Shown here piece by piece: positions 51,941 through 64,000 of a stretch of 64,000 nucleotides of DNA (positions within the stretch are counted from its first letter, which is position 1; every line of letters starts with the position of its first letter). Origin of the DNA: Laetmonice hystrix (lineage: Eukaryota); contig OZ249436.1 in assembly GCA_965235115.1 (NCBI GenBank), forward strand, positions 13,146,001-13,210,000. The letters are read 5' to 3'. A program made the position numbers and the translations under genes. The notes beneath the pieces were generated by a model that made no database searches, was not told where the DNA came from, and saw only the letters and a list, made by a program, of their open reading frames with translations.

Positions 51941-54829
51941 GCTGGCCGGCCCACAGCCCAACATCATCTGACAGTCCCAAGGCTCACCATCAAACAACAC
52001 TCAGATCCATAACTTGACCACGTCAGGCAGGACCAAGGAGACACTGGCCAGGCGTTGTTTGGGGTGACCAGGGCATGGGTTCACACATTTACCTGGAGAC
52101 ATTGACCACGTCCCACACCACCTGTCCTCACGACTCACTCACGCCAACCACCCACGTCGTGTGGCAACGCTTAACGGCAACAAGCACGCGTACACCACAA
52201 TGTCCTGGCAACTATATCGTCATCGATCGATCAGTTAAGTAATCCACTTCCAGACGTAGGTCAATCCCTGCCTTGTTCACAGTAATGGTCATTCTTCATC
52301 ACTCACTGGTTATAATAAAGCTATGATAAGTTACACGTTATCTTTCGTATGTTTGGCATGCTGTCGCCCGCGTTGATCAGGGGTTTTTCGACATGAATGT
52401 TCCTTTAAGCACTATAATAACCGCTGACAATCCAAACCATATTCCGTATTAGAAAGTTTTTACACAGTGCGAAGTCATGAAACGGTTGTCAAGAAGGTGA
52501 AGCTCGAGCCGTCCCCATCATGGACACATCGTACGGTCGATCCTCGCCCTACAGTCTCCCATACCTGTATCTGCTGGTCATCACGCAGACAGAGCTATAA
52601 TATGACCAAAGAGAGCAGCGGACTGACTTATAGCAGCCTGCTGCGACACTTCAACAGACCTTTCTTATAACGTGCATATATACTCGTAAATCTGCTCTAA
52701 TACTCGGCAAAAACAATGTTTATATGGTTGATTAATCTCGCGAATTTTGATGAAATCCGTAAAGTATGAGCCCTCCCATTCTTATCTCAGACTGCTTAAA
52801 TTCGAGAGCACGTCATTCGGTTTGGGTAACCGAAGGGTGGGAAGGTTTTTGCCAAACAAGAACGGTCGAGAGGAGCCAAGCCCTGTGTCTGTAGCGTAAT
52901 TCAAGCAGACGGAGTTTGCAATACTTCACGTCGATACGGCCACGGTCGCCTGCACCGCCGCGCCCCGTCGATCACCCTTGTCGTATAGAACCGAGTTTCA
53001 CCACCGCCTGTCTCTGGTCATTTCTGCCCCTGTGGCCTGACATGAACGCTTTGGTCGCCGTGAACAGAATGAACGTCCTCTACGAGCCATCTAGAACGTG
53101 ACGACGTCACATGGACGCAGACGACCATACCGACCCCAAGCCGACCACGCCCGCCCTAGTCTATAATGTACAAATTGGTGGCAGCGATCAGGGGGATTTT
53201 GGCGGTAGTCGCTGATTATCCTAATGCTCTCATCTCTCCTGGTCCGCCAATGGGTGTTGCCAGTATGAACTGTGGAATTAGCGTTCCTTATTATGATCAG
53301 AGTACATGATGAAAAGCATGGTTACAGTCAGGGCGTTTAGAGGTCCCCTATATTGGCGACATTACTTGATCACACATTACATGTACTTGCGGGCCAATAA
53401 CAAGGTGAAGGGTGTCGAATGGCTTCGTGTCTATACCAGCCATTTGAGATCCTCAAAATTATACTATTATGCAGTTGTAGAATATTCAGATTTACGCGTT
53501 GCGTATTAAAAAAAACAGTTTACCAGATTTACCTTATTTTTTTAGTAGTCCTCTATACCGTTTATCGATTCACAATCGTGTACAGGCATACAATGTGCCC
53601 CATCCGCATATATTTGGGTAATTGTGATGTCATTACGTTGCAAGAACGTTTACACAAAAGAAATAATGATGTAGTACCGTATATATTTGATGCTTCTAGA
53701 CCCTACGCGTGCACCTGACTATCGACTGGATCCTTTGATCGATGCCAACATTGAGCCCTTTATCTCTATAAAGATTAGGCATGAACATCTGAAAAAAGGT
53801 TTATCTAGTATTGCTGTGCGGCAATAGATTGTTTATGTAAGGGATTCAAAGACCCGAATCTTGCGGTGGGTGTCGAATTTAGAGAGAAAATTTGGACATA
53901 GCCATATGTATTTAAAGCTACAACATTTTTAAAACCTGTAAAATCAGCTTAGTATCACTTGCAAAACTCAAATCAATTGAACTGAGACCAACCATAAAGT
54001 GAGAACGCTCAGCTGAACAGCTGATCTTCGAACAGCTTCGCCATTTTGGATAACCGGTCAACAGGGGAATTCCCTTATGCGCGCGCAGATGATCTACTTA
54101 CGCTATCCTTTTCAGCTTTTTAGCCGATTTTGTTGGATACATCGATCTTCGTCGCTTAAAGCCCTTTCCTCGGGGGCATATTTGCAAAGGAAGCATGCAT
54201 GGGATTCCCTGGAACTTGGGACTATTATGGGATGTTGTTCGACGTCATTTGCAGCGCCACTTTCGAAGAGAGGAGGCAAATTTAAACTTCTACTATTATC
54301 ATATTATAGCTTCGGCCCGAATCCTGGATAACAAAGATCATCATACTGCAGCAAGTGTATCTTCATGTATATATGTCAATAGGTTGCTATCGGTGGCCGG
54401 TAATTGTTATTTTCGACGTTACGTGCAGTGTGTTTTTAAGTAAAGCATATCGTATCATGGTGGCTTTAACAACGCGGTAACAGGAGAGTGACTTTACAGT
54501 GTAGGTGCATGTCATTACAGGGTACCAGAATTTAAACACATTTTGGGTACATTTGTTGGGTTGAGGAGAGCACCGACTTCCATGTACCCCAGGGCCATAC
54601 TTTAGATTTCCTTTCATGTTTTCATCTCTTATTTCAATTCCCTATTATATAAATTATACCTGCACACATTAGTTTCCAGTTCTGACTTTGTCAGAAAGCA
54701 AACGTGATGGGATATTTTTGGCCCCAAAGTTTTCATCACTGCAATGCCACCTGGTGGTTTTGGAAGCTGGTCATTGTAAGGAAGAAATAAGAATCAGGGA
54801 CGAATATATGAAAGGAAATCTTGCATTAA

Positions 54830-55166
54830 AGGTGCTATTCGTCTCGCACAGAATGGCATTTCTCCTATCATACATTGTGCACATTGTACTAGAAAAAATT
54901 CCTACCGATACCATTGGCCTGATAAACGTATTAGTTTGTGTGCAGCATTTGAAACCTATCTCGGTGCGCACCGAGATCGAGCCATTTCCTATGGTGGGGC
55001 GTGTCAGGGTCTCCATAGGCCTTCTGAGAGAGCCCCATTTGTGCAGTTATCCATGAAAAATTTTGATTTCCTTTGTTGTGAATCTATTTCCATGATAGGT
55101 GGGATCACATAAACGTCAACAAAATTAAAAATAAAAAAATTGAATTTTTGTTCACGAATAGCACCT
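54830..55166. mobile_element. TTAA-flanked MITE (Kolobok-like)
   Basis: ttaa|AGGTGCTATTCGT...ACGAATAGCACCT|ttaa. Confidence 0.7.
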
Positions 55167-55270
55167 TTAACTCCAAAAAGCTCAACCCAGGTACGCATAA
55201 TGAGGGCGTGAAGAGAGTTCTAGGGACCATTAGGGCTGCCGAATTATGTAGTTGATTTTTTTTTAACTTT

Positions 55271-55673
55271 TAAAATTCTTGCTAAAACAAGCTGTGGAGA
55301 AAAATCAATTAATTTGTTATTACCAACCAGACAAAAGCACAATGAGAACAGCTGAAATGATGGTTTTACAGGAGATCATTTATTCAATAACTCCACTACC
55401 GAGCCAGAAACTATTGTTTAAAGCAATAATACACCGAATCCATTACAACCCAGGTGTCACCATGCACATTTGGTGAAATTGACTCAGGAATGAATTGCAT
55501 GTGTTCAGTGTATTGCTGGTGCTCATGGCAGCTAGACACAAACAAGTGAATCGCGTTATGGTAAAACGGCGCCAAACAACTTGATTTCAGCTTTCCTCAA
55601 TGTGCTTATGTCTTGTTGGTAAAAAGATTAATTTAATGATTTTCTCCACAGCCGTTTTAGCAAGAATTTTGAA
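55271..55673. repeat. Long imperfect inverted repeat (MITE-like)
   Basis: aaaattcttgctaaaacaagctgtggagaaaaatca / tgattttctccacagccgttttagcaagaatttt. Confidence 0.65.
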
Positions 55674-56125
55674 AATCTGACCTTCATCTTTCTGCAGCTC
55701 ATGTTCAATGATTTCTTACCGTATACTGGATTGTTTAGTGTCATTTATTCCACAATTTCATGTTCTTTACCTTAGTATAGATCTAGTTGTACCATCAAAC
55801 AGAAATAATTGAGAAATAAGTGAAATAAACGAACTTTTAAAGAGGTATAGTTATAGCTTGTTAAGTCGTTAAATTTATTCTACAAAGAACAAGTACTTCC
55901 ATTAGGCCTACATTTCGGGATTAAGGCTTAATAATTTTGCGATATTGGGGCTTCATTGTGATAAACCCAAAATGCAAAGTAACTAACACAAATTCCACGT
56001 TTCTGTAACTTCAGGGACCGAATCCGTTTATTCTTGAACAGATTGTTCTACATGAGGCGATACAACGAATCGCGATGTTTTCAGTCACAACGGAATGCAT
56101 TGTAATGTCATTTCGTATCATGGCC

Positions 56126-58904
56126 TCATGTCTTCTTCGCCATGATCGCCTGACCCAAACTCGGGCGCTTCAGGCCCGTATCCGCCGGGCGCTTCAGGCC
56201 CGTATCCGCCGGGGCTTCAGGCCCGTATCCGCCAAACATGGGTCCTTCAGGCCCGTATCCGCCAAACATGGGCCCTTTAGGCCCGTATCCGCCAAACCCG
56301 GAACCTTCAGGCCAGTACCCGGAACCTTTAGGCCTGCGAGGATCCTCGGAAACTCCTCGCAACATTTCTACAAGCATGCGCACCACGGCAGTGGGTGCAC
56401 GCTTCACCTCTTCCTCGAACTCAGCCCCTGATCCAAACTCGGGACGTTCTGCAGGCCGACCGCCTGATCCAAACTCGGGACGTTCTGGCCGACCGCCTGA
56501 TCCAAACTCGGGACGTTCTGGCCGACCGCCTGATCCAAACTCGGGACGTTCTGGCCGACCGTGACGTCCATGTCTGCCGTGACGTTCATGTCTGCCGTGA
56601 CGTCCATGTTTGCCCCGACGCCCACCTGGCCTGCGTGAACCTCCCTCAGCGGCGTCTTTGAACAGGCGTCGGAGCATGCGTACCGCCGTCTCCTCCTCAT
56701 CAAATATGGGAACTCCCGATCCAAACTCGGGCCGACCCGATCCAAACTCGGGCCGACCCGAACCAAACTCGGGCCGACCCGAACCAAACTCGGGCCGACC
56801 CGATCCAAACTCGGGCCGACCCGATCCAAACTCAGGCCGACCCGATCCAAACTCAGGCCGGTGCGGGTGCCTCCCTCGTCCACGCCGCCCTCCATGTTTG
56901 CCACGCCGCCCTCCGCGTTTGCCACCTCGGCCGAGAGGCCGACGATTTCGTTCACCTGGAATTATTAGAGTGAAGAGTTAACAGAAAAGGGGATGCTGTT
57001 TTCTGAACCAGGGGCCATGAAACCACAAGGTTCGCATATGGATATGCCCACATACAGGTTAAGATAACCAGCAATGGTTCTGCGTAATTCGTCTTAAAAA
57101 ATAGCCGTGTAGTTCCACCCGTCCAGTTATGCAAAGCGGGAAATTAGATGGACGTCGATATACACGATAAAGGTAATTAAATCAGACCTACCTTCAAAAC
57201 GTCTCTTCAGTTTTTCTCCCGAGTCAGTCCTGGCGTTCTTGATAGCCTCTGGAAACATACGATTAGTATACAATTAGGCTTACCATCAAACCGGCAAGAT
57301 TTATACGTGAAGGCAAAAAAATTCCGGTTTCTGATATGCGCGCGAGTCACTTCAGAAGTAGCGCACCAGTGTTTTTCTTCTTGCCCTCAATCCCGGTTTT
57401 TAGGAGTGAGTTAGTAGAGTTTAATCCCCAGTCAGCAAGCGAGAAAAAGGTCACTCAGTCAGTGAAATTCATTGGGTGATAATGATATGAAGAAACTCGT
57501 GCACCGGGGCGAACCCCTACTCTTATCGATAGATGCCAAGGGATCTTTAACGTGCCCCTCCATATAGACATATCGTGACACGGCTGGCCTTTGATAAAGA
57601 AGTCGGCAGCACCAGATTGTTAGAACATAACGTCTTACCGACTAAGTCCGGCAGCTTGTTTTTGCCTCCATTCTCGACATCCCGAATCAATCCCTTGATT
57701 TTCTTCCGAGTCTCCTCTGGCAAGGATTTAAATTTCTCCTTCACATCGGCCAGGACTGGCGCTGAATGAAAATCAGAAATTTCCTTCAAAGATTATGCCG
57801 ACAAACCATGCAAGTCTGCAGTATATAATTGTCCTTCACGTCTCATTGAGAACACTTACCAGGGAGTTTGTTGACCATAGCAGCTCCTGCCTTCTCGGTG
57901 GCTTCCTTGAGTGTTCCTAAATAATGCCATGTTGCCTATTAATGTATAGGTTCACCAGTGCTTTAACATTTTGTTTTATTATAGTTCATGAAGTTCGACC
58001 AGTATAGAAAAGTTTTTATGTTTAGATTTAGTGGAATGCATTCTTCGTTGAAATAACGCTTGTTATTACCGCTTGCTATAATTCCAAGAAGACATTTTAA
58101 CAGAATGAATAAACCTGCGCTTACCGATAAGTACTGCAATCTTTCCGTCGTTTCCAGCCTTGATCTCTGCAATCAGGTCATTTATTCTGTTCCGTACGTC
58201 GGCAGGCAACTTGTCCAATTTGGCTTTCAGTTTGCCCGCTGGGATTGCACCTGTGGAAAATAAAAGTCGTCCAGTAATTCAAAGAAAGTCGTACAAATCG
58301 ATACAAAACTCCTGATAACTAAAATCAAAAGATACTACATGTACAACTATACATAATTTTTTTTATATAGCTCCCATTTAGTATCTTTACAAATGTGTTA
58401 CACTTAAAGGGAGTCGTAAAATTCATTTTTTTCGATTTATGGCAGTCTTAGAAACATATGATTCGCATACCTTGGACTCCCAGTAACATCATGTGAGACT
58501 GTTATGGCCCAGCGACTAGTATTTAGTAAGGAAAATATGCCAAATCTCTCGCAAATACGTAGCTCAGAATTAGCGAGCGGCCCACAGGATATTTGAGTTG
58601 GCCGCGGTCGGGCGATGATCACGCGTGATCACGTGACTTCCGGGTGTGGAAGGGAATCTCCCTCTAGTCTAGTGTTGACCTAAATACCACATGTACACCC
58701 GGAAGTCAGGTATGCGAATCATATGTTTCTAAGACTGCCATAAATCGAAAAAAATGAATTTTACGACTCCCTTTAACGAAAAGCGAGGGGAAGACATTTT
58801 CCACTGTTCTGACAACCCTCACATGCCAGTAATGCAAGTTGATACTGACCTGCAAGGGAGAAGAGGGCCAGGGCAGCCAGCCCTACCAACAGGAGCTGTC
58901 TCAT
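56126..58904 (-). CDS. Uncharacterised secreted protein (~415 aa): signal peptide, two Lys-rich helical modules and an Arg/Gly/His/Pro-rich repetitive C-terminal half
   Basis: Coding exons (minus), all introns phase 1: 58904-58850 (MRQLLLVGLAALALFSLA), 58250-58125, 57916-57860, 57761-57639, 57248-57192, 56955-56126; total 1248 nt, open. A probable non-coding first exon ends at 59514 (ag|gtaagc). Minus-strand AATAAA near 56027. Confidence 0.85.
56160..56860 (-). repeat. Coding tandem repeats: RPEFGSG (21 bp), RPERPEFGSGG (33 bp), GRH, GGYGPEGPMF (30 bp), PADTGLKR (24 bp)
   Basis: Direct repeats such as ccgatccaaactcgggccgac and ttcaggcccgtatccgcc within the last exon. Confidence 0.9.
58408..58772. 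mobile_element. TTAA-flanked MITE with ~65-bp perfect TIRs (Kolobok-like), intronic
   Basis: ttaa|agggagtcgtaaaattcatttttttcgatttatggcagtcttagaaacatatgattcgcatacct with its exact reverse complement ending ...gactccct|ttaa. Confidence 0.85.
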
Positions 58905-59240
58905 GATGAAAGATCACTGAAAACAAAAAGCATCGCGTCCTATACTTTCCCGCAGCGAAGGAACCGAATCCCGTTACGAGTTTATTATATGTACTTGGAT
59001 TATTTCTAATTTGAGTAAAAGGAGCCAACAGTAAACAAGAATTGACAAATAAGCTTTAAAATCTGCGGGACTAGGGACGGGGCGGTTTGGTGCCACCCTC
59101 CCCATATTTTTTCTACACAGTGCTCACAAAGTGGTAGCAAACTGAGGGGTGGGGTCTGCTGATGGAACAGCCGAGCGTAATTCATAATATGTTCCGGCGC
59201 ATCCATAGGACCCCATCGTGTACAATCAAACCAGTCCGTT

Positions 59241-59335
59241 CCATGCGTACAATAGGGACCCCCTCCCCACAATGACGTACCATACGGACCCCCTCCCCAC
59301 AATGACGTACCATACGGACCCCCTCCCCACAATGG
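59241..59335. repeat. 30-bp tandem repeat, ~3 copies
   Basis: ggaccccctccccacaatgacgtaccatac repeated. Confidence 0.85.
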
Positions 59336-59591
59336 CACTGGCAGATAGAATGCGCATAAAATAAACAAATGTCTGCAGTCTGAAACACGTGCTATAATTC
59401 TAGAAAGCCTTCGCCTGTATGCTTTGAACAACATTATAATTTCAGTCTTTAAATGAAAAACGGGGCCGACAACCGTGACACATTTGAAGATAGTTTGACG
59501 AGAAAGTGCTTACCTTGTCCGTCCTCTCGAAACGAGTCCCTCACTGTCAGATCCAGGGCCGACTACCAACCCGACAACCGGTGACACCTGA

Positions 59592-59598
59592 TTTTATA
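59592..59598 (-). promoter_or_regulatory. Candidate TATA box of the secreted-protein gene
   Basis: TATAAAA on the minus strand ~80 nt upstream of a strong donor at 59513, consistent with a short non-coding first exon. Confidence 0.5.
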
Positions 59599-61477
59599 CC
59601 TGACCACGAGACGCCTGGTCGACTTAGTGAGCATTTCGCCACAGTTGTTATGTAAGACTGCGTTTGTGGCAATCATTGGTCAGAACGACTCTTGTTGTTA
59701 TTTCACTCCAAATATGGAACGGTAGCCAGACACTTTCCTGGTCGCTGTCCACGGGTTGTCGAAATAATGGAAAATAACTTGGGGGGGGGGAGAGAGGTCG
59801 AGGACGAGATGTATAAACAACCCCATACCGTACCGTAGAATCAAAAACGGACGTAAAATTGTGTGCATTTGGAATTATGTGCATAGACCCCCAAAACCTG
59901 GCGTGCATCTTTCGGGTTGAATATGAAAGGCTGGGCAATACAAGTTAGAAGCATTCGTGAAATGTTTGAATGACGTTTTAAAATTGTTCATTCTGCCTGA
60001 TGTTTCTCCGACGATTAGATTATTTTGAGCAATCTCGATAGGTTGCAAATCAAAATAATTAACAGAATAATTTTGTTTTGAAAGGGAACCTCCGCTGTCT
60101 CCGTTCTTACAGAGTAACATTTGAGCAATTGACTGGATCAGATACAAAGTACATGCAAAGGGGCTTAAATCACGTTAAACTGCTGCTCAGTCATCCGTGA
60201 CCATGCCAACATAAGAACTGATGAAAACTCAAAGACAAAAATGAACCCAGATTCAGTTTTATTAACCCGCTACTCTGCGACTCGTCATGTGGACAGTCAA
60301 CTGGAACAATTCGAAGCTGTAACCGCGAGCTGGCCGCTAGTGGCAAGGGTTTTCATGGACGTAATATGTGCACTGCAATTTTCATCAATGCCAGTTGAAT
60401 CTACCGGCAAACGTCTACTTGTATCGAACTGGCGAAAGGGCACCCGAGCCATCGTAAACACAGGTGAAAGTAACACATGGAACTGTTCGTTCACAGAGAA
60501 TACATAATGATTGCCGTCATTGTATGGATAGTGTACAGTTCATGTATTACTCCAGCTACAGTCTACAAGGGAAGGGTTACAACTACGAAACCCTCTAAAA
60601 GGGCGGGGGTGGGGGATACTCTTTTTTTCACTATGAGGTGCAATTGTACAAATATATCGAAAACATCCCAATTTCATATTTTGCCTAAGATGCAATAATG
60701 CAATTTTTCAGGTGGTACTGAAAGGCGCGCACACATGTTTTATTATCTTTATTAAATAATCAATTATTGGTTTGCCACACCTGCCCAGGGTTTGTACAGC
60801 ATCTGAGAAACAGAAAATCATCGCTTTCATATTGTAGGATATACAGTCAGTTAACACCATTGAGGAGTTGTGTTTGTACCATCACTGAACATTTAGCCGT
60901 TACAAAGTAATGAACCTCAAACATAATATATGTTACCTGGCTTTTAGTAAAATCATCACTCAGATCGAAAAAAAACATGAAACAAATAAAGCATTGACGA
61001 AATTCGGAGACGAAAGAATGTTTTGCCGCCGTTTCCTGCCGACGAACGGGAGAATTGCACTTTGGCGCAAAGACAAAAAGTTCGGGTTTAGAAGGAACGG
61101 GTCAGATATAAACGGTTAGGGTTCAGTCACAGCTCATAAAATCTTTGACTTTTGACCTTTCTTGGGTTGGGGGAGGGGGGTCTTTACCTGATCGTTCCCT
61201 TTGCTTACTCAATCCGACTTCCTTCTGCGACTAACACTAAAAGGTTCTGTCGTGGAACGAAATATCACCTGTCCTTCTATTGGAGAGGGCACGACTGTCA
61301 CTAGTTGCTCTATAAAATGACATACTGAGCAAATTCTCAAACATATAGCTGTGAGCGTCCAAAACTTTATATCCCCGCCATTCTCATGGCGTCCGTCTGC
61401 TGTTATTTGTGTCCACAGATCAGCTCCCTGCTCTCCCCCGAGTCAAGCGATGTACGCGCCACCTAGTGACAAGTGTG

Positions 61478-63862
61478 TTAGAAGTCCGAGGTGCCGACGT
61501 CCTCTCCAGTCACGTTGCTTTCAAGGGCATGCATGGATGGCGACTGCTTGTAATGATCCATGTAGCCTTGGTACTGCATCTCCTGGCCCGGGTTGTGCTC
61601 CACGTAACGGGCCGACTGGTCGGCTCGCGGGGACGGCACACCTTCTTGTTCCTGTAACATCCGCAGTACCGCCGAGTGGCTCGGGTCGAACTGCTTCTTA
61701 CCGGGGGGTCCTCCGCCCGTCACCCTGCCGAACGGCAAATAAGGCATGTCAATTCGCTTCACTCTTACGGCTGAAGAAACTTTAATTCTTTCAGCAAAAC
61801 CTTGTTTGAACCAGTACGATGTAGGCCTATTGGCGTACTTAGGGAAAGCATGAAATCTGGCGGATAAAAAAACTTAACAAACTGACGCCGATTTGAATTG
61901 ACCATGATACTTGCTGGAGGAAGGAAAATGTAGGCCTATATAAGAGCCTTAGATCTAATCTGTTACATTAAGAAGAACAAAAGGTGTGTGTGTGCCCTAC
62001 CGTCGACCAGATGTAGAGAGACGCTCTGAGTGTACTTACTGCATAGTTCCCTCTCCAGGTTTGCCGGCCGTCTGACCGCAGAGGGCTTCCTCGACGTTCT
62101 GGCGGGAGTAGAGGCCAAGCGGGGTGTTGTACTGAAGGTGAGCCACGGTGGCCGTGCCGGAGTGATCCGCCGGCGAATGCTGCTGGTACTCCGGATCCTG
62201 GCCGGGGGCGTAGTGGACATTCTGGACGCGAGGTTGGTGGGGCTGGATGGGGGCCCCGGCCTCAGGGTGCGGGGGCCCCTGGCGCGGTTGTTGTGCTTGC
62301 TGCTGCTGCTGCTGCTGGTGCTGGGGGGATGGAGGATGCTGTGGCACAGGAGACCTCGGTCCGCGACGGATGGGGCGCCCAGCGTGGTCGTGGGTGGCGG
62401 CGGCGGCAGCGGCGACCTCCCAGGGTTTCACCCCACCGCCGGACCTCAGCGAGCCTGCCCAGGCCGGGACGGCAGGGACTTCGATCTGCGGCACCTGGTA
62501 CTGCTGCCTCGGGGGCTGGTAATGCTGCTGCTGGGGAGGAGGAGCACGGTGTTGGCGCTGAGGCTGGGCTTGTGGATGAGAGGGCCCCCATCCTAATCCT
62601 GGGTCCTTCTTGCTGGGAGACCATCCGAAGTCTTGCCTAGGACTGGCACCCAGGGTGTCAGCGTCGGGCATCTTCCAGGGCCGCACGGGCCGAGAATGAC
62701 TCCGAGCTGCAAAGGGGCATACCAGAGAGACAGTCTGTAGGAGAGGTTTCGTGAAAATACATGGCATAAACTCAGTAGGCCTACAAAGTACAAAAACCAT
62801 TAAGAAATAGGGATTTTGTCTTACTACTATGTTAAAAGTCTATCATAAAGACTGTTTGGTAGATTGTTATTTAACTCTATGGCTCCCACTTCGTCATTGC
62901 AAATATCGCCTCCACCACATCTTACAACAGCCTTTGACGGAATCAGACGTAAAGGGAATCATGACTACAAAAAAGGCAGGGCACACTGAAGAAAAAGTGA
63001 AATAGGAATATTGAATAGGTCCACACATAGAGACAGAGATGTTGCTTGGGTAATTGGGTAATGCATACATGTTAAATATACACAGTCTTTGGTTGTAAGA
63101 GGGGCCCACAACAACAAGCCACATCAGAGTAAGCCCCTGCTGTAAGTTCCATATCCGAACACGAATTTTACAGGTAGCATACTGTAGCAACATTTTTACG
63201 ATCTTAGCTTAATAATTAGAACAAAAAGTTAATTTTGGAACAGAATAATCATGATCACATCACAAAGGAAGTAATACAAATCTGCAAGTCACACGTTCAT
63301 ATTCTTGCAATAATGTTCCCGTGCTAAGAATGTGATGGCGGTTCTTTCAGCTGGTTCGTTGAGCTCACAACGCGTGCTGTAAGGGACACAATGGGAGCCG
63401 AGAAAAGAAGAAGAAATAGAACACAGACCGACAAAAAACAACAACACCCCATATCGTACAAACACACAACATGGTGGGCCAGATTGGGCAGCGACGAAAA
63501 AGAAAGTAGAAAGTAGAAGAAGAAGAAGAAGAAGAAGAAGAAGAAGAAGAAGAAGAAGAAGAAGAAGAAGAATGACAAGGACATTAGGATGGGGCTCCGT
63601 CCAGACAGAGCCACCAGCATGGTTCTGTCAGTGGGTCGGTCCGTCCAGATAGAGCCACCAGCATGGGTCCCCAGCGGTCGGTGGAGGTGGTGGTGGTGGT
63701 GGTGGGGGGGTTACTTACAGTCGTCCCCTTCGTCCGTTGGCAGGACGATCGGAGGAGGAGGAGGCTTATTGCTTTTCGGTCTTCGGCGGGCCGCCGTATC
63801 TTTATCTTGGACCCCAAAGACTTTCTTACGTTCTTTCACCGACTTGTAATCATACTCGTCCT
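61478..63862 (-). CDS. 3' part of a Zasp/PDLIM (ALP/Enigma-family) muscle Z-disc protein with ZM motif; 5' exons beyond the window
   Basis: Exons (minus): 63862-63719 (DEYDYKSVKERKKVFG...PPPPP), 62706-62040 (P/Q-rich, VAHLQYNTPLGLYSRQNVEEAL is the Zasp-like motif), 61724-61478 (FDPSHSAVLRMLQEQE...QSPSMHALE...SDF*). Intron phases are compatible. Confidence 0.8.
63514..63571. repeat. (GAA)n microsatellite
   Basis: Perfect gaa run in an intron. Confidence 0.95.
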
Positions 63863-64000
63863 CTGTGCAGCATAGAAGGGCATGCTGTCATGGCCAAAGT
63901 GGGCAATACGCACGCGCAGAGTAAAAGAAGTCACCGCCAAGGATATTACACCCCAACTCCTACGGTCAAGGTAAAAGTCTTACTAAGTTAGGGTGAAAGG

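Noticed and set aside
56075..56981. Plus-strand ORFs with PDPNSGR repeats
   Set aside because: Antisense shadows of the repetitive last exon; the minus frame has the signal peptide and phase-consistent splice sites.
57400..57620. SINE-like sequence in an intron of the secreted-protein gene
   Set aside because: It resembles a SINE body from memory only; there is no full second copy or clear boundary in the window to support it.
62030..62640. Plus-strand GC-rich ORFs (188, 91 and 115 aa)
   Set aside because: Antisense to the ZM-motif exon of the Zasp/PDLIM gene.

Overview
This window is eukaryotic (animal) genomic DNA, probably from a marine invertebrate bilaterian; there are GT-AG spliced genes, many MITEs and microsatellites, and no prokaryotic operons, CRISPR arrays or rRNA. 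I assembled six spliced gene models by hand from splice sites and intron phases. (1) + strand, ~786-10436: mucin-like Ser/Thr repeat protein ending in a Ly6/uPAR (LU, three-finger) domain and a GPI-type tail. (2) - strand, 17914-29481: IFT140, 31 coding exons. (3) + strand, 31259-34235: peroxisomal 2,4-dienoyl-CoA reductase DECR2, head-to-head with IFT140; an X-box-like and a forkhead motif lie between them. (4) - strand, 36535-51940: signal peptide, two cadherin repeats resembling CDH23/CDHR EC1-EC2, an LU domain and a GPI-type tail. (5) - strand, 56126-58904: secreted orphan protein with duplicated helical modules and RPEFGSG, GRH and GGYGP repeats. (6) - strand, 61478 to beyond the window: 3' part of a Zasp/PDLIM ZM-motif gene. 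The most striking observation is the pair of LU-GPI genes (1 and 4). They share the same two-exon LU cassette and Cys signature but carry different N-terminal modules, mucin versus a two-repeat cadherin. Exon models are manual and untested, and no database search was run.
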